DNA of 64,000 nucleotides from a virus. The translations under genes and the position numbers were made by a program. The stretch spans positions 103,993 through 167,992 of IMG/VR virus record IMGVR_UViG_3300042731_004976. One strand, 5' to 3'. Under the pieces are notes generated by a model. It searched no databases. It saw only the letters and a program-made list of their open reading frames with translations, and had not been told where the DNA came from. Positions 60,752 to 64,000 of this stretch are shown here, piece by piece; the first letter of the stretch is position 1; each line of letters begins with the position of its first letter.

Positions 60752-61206
60752 AAGGAACACACGATGCCGATCGAAGAGATGAAGCCGTATCCTAAGTTCG
60801 AGCATGATGAGCCGCCCGAGTACAAACCCCAGGACGAGCGTCCACCGGATCTCGCGCTCTTGGTCAGCGACGGGAAGCGGTCCAAGGTCCTCGCCTACAT
60901 CGGTCCAGGTATCGAGTTCTGGATGGACGAGATCGGGGAGAGCGACGTCTTCGACGGTGTTCCGGCAGGCATCTGGATGTCGAAGATCCGCATCGACACG
61001 TACCGATGCCCTGACGGGGACTACGACTCCGACATCCATTCCGTGGAGCGAGCCCTGACCCCCCAGGAGTGGGAGATGTTCATGGAGGACCACGAGACAG
61101 GCCCGTGGTGCCCCGCAGACTGGTTCGTGAACCCACCCAGCGACCTCCCGAAGGAAGGGCCCAGCGACATCCCGAAAGGCTGGGGAGTGCCGAGCAAGGA
61201 GACCGA

Positions 61207-61656
61207 GTGAACCCGACAGAGATTCGGATCTCTACCGACCACTGGCTTACCTGGAGTCCCTGGGGTCTTCAGTGCAAGCCGGACGCCATCGAGGCCCTTG
61301 GGCACGAAGCCTACGACTTCCTCCTCGGCTTCGAAGACGAGTCCTCGACGCACGTCGTCCTGGCTACGAGTCGCCGAAAGATCCGTGGCTGGTTCCGCTA
61401 CAGCGTGAGCGACACCGAGCTGTTCGCGCAAGGGACGTGGGTTGCTCCTTCCCACCGCCTCAAAGGCATGGGCACGATTCTTTGGAACCACGTCATCCGC
61501 CAAAGCTGTCCCAAGCTGATCCACGTCACCACGATTTCGCCGGGAGGGAGAGCCCTGATGCGAGCCGTCTCGCAAGAACACCCCAGCATCGAGATCAGAG
61601 ATCACGTCGAGTTCCGTCGTCCTCCTCGATCGACTACTACGAGCCTCACGCTATGA
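61207..61656 (+). CDS. GNAT-fold acetyltransferase
   Basis: WVAPSHRLKGMGTIL acetyl-CoA motif. Confidence 0.6.
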   Translation: MNPTEIRISTDHWLTWSPWGLQCKPDAIEALGHEAYDFLLGFEDESSTHVVLATSRRKIRGWFRYSVSDTELFAQGTWVAPSHRLKGMGTILWNHVIRQSCPKLIHVTTISPGGRALMRAVSQEHPSIEIRDHVEFRRPPRSTTTSLTL

Positions 61657-61913
61657 GAACAGCCGAGACCCTCCTACGGATCATCACCAAGCGCTACCCG
61701 CCTCCCGAGGGCATGCGCCATTCCCTGGTGCTCGAACGAGACAAGATCATCCTGTTCATCCCTTTAGGCAACGGTGGATCTTTCATGCCCATCCACTTCG
61801 ATGACGACGACTACCGGAGGTCACCCGAGGAGCTGGCCGAAGACATTTTGGAGAGGCTGCGTCGCAACGAGTCCATCCGAGATCCTCTGCCGCCCGAAAG
61901 GGTTACACAATGA
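61653..61913 (+). CDS. hypothetical protein ending in RNESIRDPLPPE
   Basis: ATGA coupling; C-terminal peptide shared with the next gene. Confidence 0.55.
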   Translation: MRTAETLLRIITKRYPPPEGMRHSLVLERDKIILFIPLGNGGSFMPIHFDDDDYRRSPEELAEDILERLRRNESIRDPLPPERVTQ

Positions 61914-62113
61914 CGGACGAGAACCCCACCAAGATCCAACGCGGTTGGCGTAGACTAAAGCACTGGTTGTGGATCTTGGGTTGGCCTCCGATGCGCTTGA
62001 CCTGCCATTCCTGTGGACGCCTCAGCTATTCGGAGCGTGCGCACATCTCACACAAGTGCCCCCGGAACGAGTCCATTCGAGATCCTTTACCTCCCGAGGA
62101 GACGAAGACATGA
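61910..62113 (+). CDS. small Zn-finger protein ending in RNESIRDPLPPE
   Basis: CHSC...H.C; shared C-terminal peptide. Confidence 0.55.
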   Translation: MTDENPTKIQRGWRRLKHWLWILGWPPMRLTCHSCGRLSYSERAHISHKCPRNESIRDPLPPEETKT

Positions 62114-63686
62114 ACCATGAAGACGACGGGACGTGCTTGGCCCGTTCCATAGACCTGGGAAACACCTTTCGTCATGCCCAGCTCACGACCTGGTGCGGCT
62201 TGAGCGCTGATGGGGCCTTCGTAGTATTCCAGCACGAGGTAGCCACGTGCAGGAAGTGCCTGGACGCCTACAAGGCCGTGATGCCGGGCGAGGATCCCCC
62301 GCCCCCTCCGCAGAGAATCCCATGGTAGGTCCAAGTCGCCGCATCGAGGTCATGTTCTCGCCGGAGAACGTTTGCGATCGTGCCCAAAGTCGCAGGCAAG
62401 CCCTGCGTCGTGTTCTCGACGGTCCTGGCTCTGATGCTTGGAAGCTGGAACAGGTTCGAGGCTTCCTGGAAGAGGCCGACGCCGATGAGCCCTGGGGCAT
62501 CTGCCGGAAGTGCAAGGAGCCCATGCGGGTCAACGCAGAGATGATCTGCCTGACGTGCGACTGATGGAAGAGGACGAGGGAACCGTAGAGATCCAACACT
62601 TCGACTGCGTGTGTTGCCAGGCGCGCGTGCTCAACCCTTCACCGGAAGGCGCGACCCTGATCATCTTGCGGATGATGCTTCACGACGGGTTAGACCTGGA
62701 AGACCTTCGACAAGAGCTGTGTTTCTATCATCGAAGACGATTGGAGCAAGAAGAGTGAATCGTAGTCAGGCAGAGGAAGCTCTCAAGAATACTGTCGCCA
62801 TGCAAGCCGAGCGCGTGGCTCACTACGTCCACCGCATGGAGATCAAGGGTCTCACGGGCAAGGACGTGGTCATCGTCTTGATCAACGTCGACTCTCGCCA
62901 CGGTGCTCTCCTGGCAGAGGCCCTGATGCCCGGCCACGACTGGCAGGTCTATCGGGACCAGGGGCAGATCCCATTTGCGCGGGGTCTAGCAGATCGCTCC
63001 GGGATAGAGGATGCACTGGAGGCTCTCTTCGGATCCGAAGTTGCTGATGCCTTGCGTACCGAGGGAGACGCCCCTTCGGTGGTAGTGCTCGATCACGACG
63101 TTGCGGCTGTGATTGCGATGCCGTACGGCGTGCCTACAGATCCAGCCGGGTTCTCGTGATCTACTTGATACCTGCCGTCCTCCTCGGCCTGGCTGCCGTG
63201 TGGTTGGCTTGGGAGATGCACACAGCGCCCCTGGCGCCTGAGCCTGCCAGGTTCATCGTGTGTCCCAAGTGCAAGAGGGGTGTGGAGCTAGGCCAGACGT
63301 CGAAGTCGACGCCGGACACTCACGGGCTGCTCTCGTGCCATTGGTGCGATGCGAGGATCCGCATCGACCTGAACTAGTCCTCGCGCCCGACGGCTTCCAG
63401 CTCAGCCAACGGATCCGTTCCGTCCTCTTCACCGAAGGCCCCTCCGTCCAAACAGAGGCAAGCCCGGGTGTAGGGGCTGGGTTTTGGGTCGGGGCTTCCC
63501 CAACCTCCGAACCAGCCCTCCATCGATCGATCGTCGTAGCCTTCCCACTCTTCCGAGGTAAGACGGGGCCTACCGCACTTGGGGCAAATCTCACGTTTCG
63601 TCGTCATGCCTCGTAGACGCAGAGACTCCCTTCCGTCTGACAGTTTGGGATTCGATTCCTAGCCCTGTTGGGGTAGGCTTGAGGCC

Positions 63687-64000
63687 ATGGCTCGTTTAGA
63701 GGAAGTGCACCGCCTCATTCGTCAAGCGGCTGGCCTGATCGAGGCTACTACCGGGCTTCCCACGGGCTCCGAGATCAAGGTGCTCGTTCGACGCGGTTCG
63801 TGGCCACCGGACATGTACCGGAAGGGCGTCCTCGCCAAGGTGCTCCAAGGGGGCAAGGTTGGCGACGAGGTCAAGATCAAGGAGAAGGGCGAGGTGATGT
63901 CCTCGGGGCAAACCTTCCGCCTAGCAGCGAACAAGGATGGCACCTTCCAGCTCATCGGAGATCCTCGCTTCAAGCGGGCTCTCAAGGTGAAGGTGGCGTA
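63687..64000 (+). CDS. hypothetical protein (stop codon cut by window edge)
   Basis: GGGTAGGCT-N7-ATG; MARLEEVHRLIRQAAGLIEA...; open to the window end. Confidence 0.6.
   Translation, partial: MARLEEVHRLIRQAAGLIEATTGLPTGSEIKVLVRRGSWPPDMYRKGVLAKVLQGGKVGDEVKIKEKGEVMSSGQTFRLAANKDGTFQLIGDPRFKRALKVKVA

Noticed and set aside
1-64000. tRNA or rRNA genes, and an alternative genetic code
   Set aside because: No cloverleaf with T-loop plus CCA was recognised; known genes are full length under the standard code and end in TAG/TGA

Overview
GC-rich, gene-dense accessory region of what looks like a large T4-like (jumbo) bacteriophage. It has many short, often overlapping ORFs, many sigma70-type promoters (often leaderless) and auxiliary metabolic genes. 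I found no rRNA, tRNA, CRISPR array, integrase or core structural operon. A Gly/Cys-rich lipoprotein hints at a myxobacterial host (inference). Recognisable genes: RelA/SpoT-type HD hydrolase, spermidine synthase, macrodomain, an nrtR-nadV-NMNAT NAD+ salvage operon, thyX, NAD kinase, ADP-ribosyltransferase, BCS1-like AAA ATPase, RNase II/R-dsRBD fusion, HAD phosphatase, papain-like protease, family-4 UDG, KhpA, RecD/Dda-like helicase, HD protein with an in-frame HNH insert, metallophosphoesterase and RNA ligase. Main candidates for novelty: (1) a portable ~30-aa N-terminal leader (MKIxEGxELDPK...P-x-[LM]-x-EA), with its own promoter type, on at least five unrelated proteins, proposed as a capsid-targeting, prohead-protease-cleaved cargo tag; (2) an NAD+ reconstitution operon with three tandem NrtR-type boxes over its promoter, so probably induced by ADP-ribose; (3) four scattered truncated paralogues of a gp23-like major capsid protein; (4) a dispersed 20-bp palindrome and several structured ncRNA candidates. 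All family calls come from motif recognition by eye, not from database searches.
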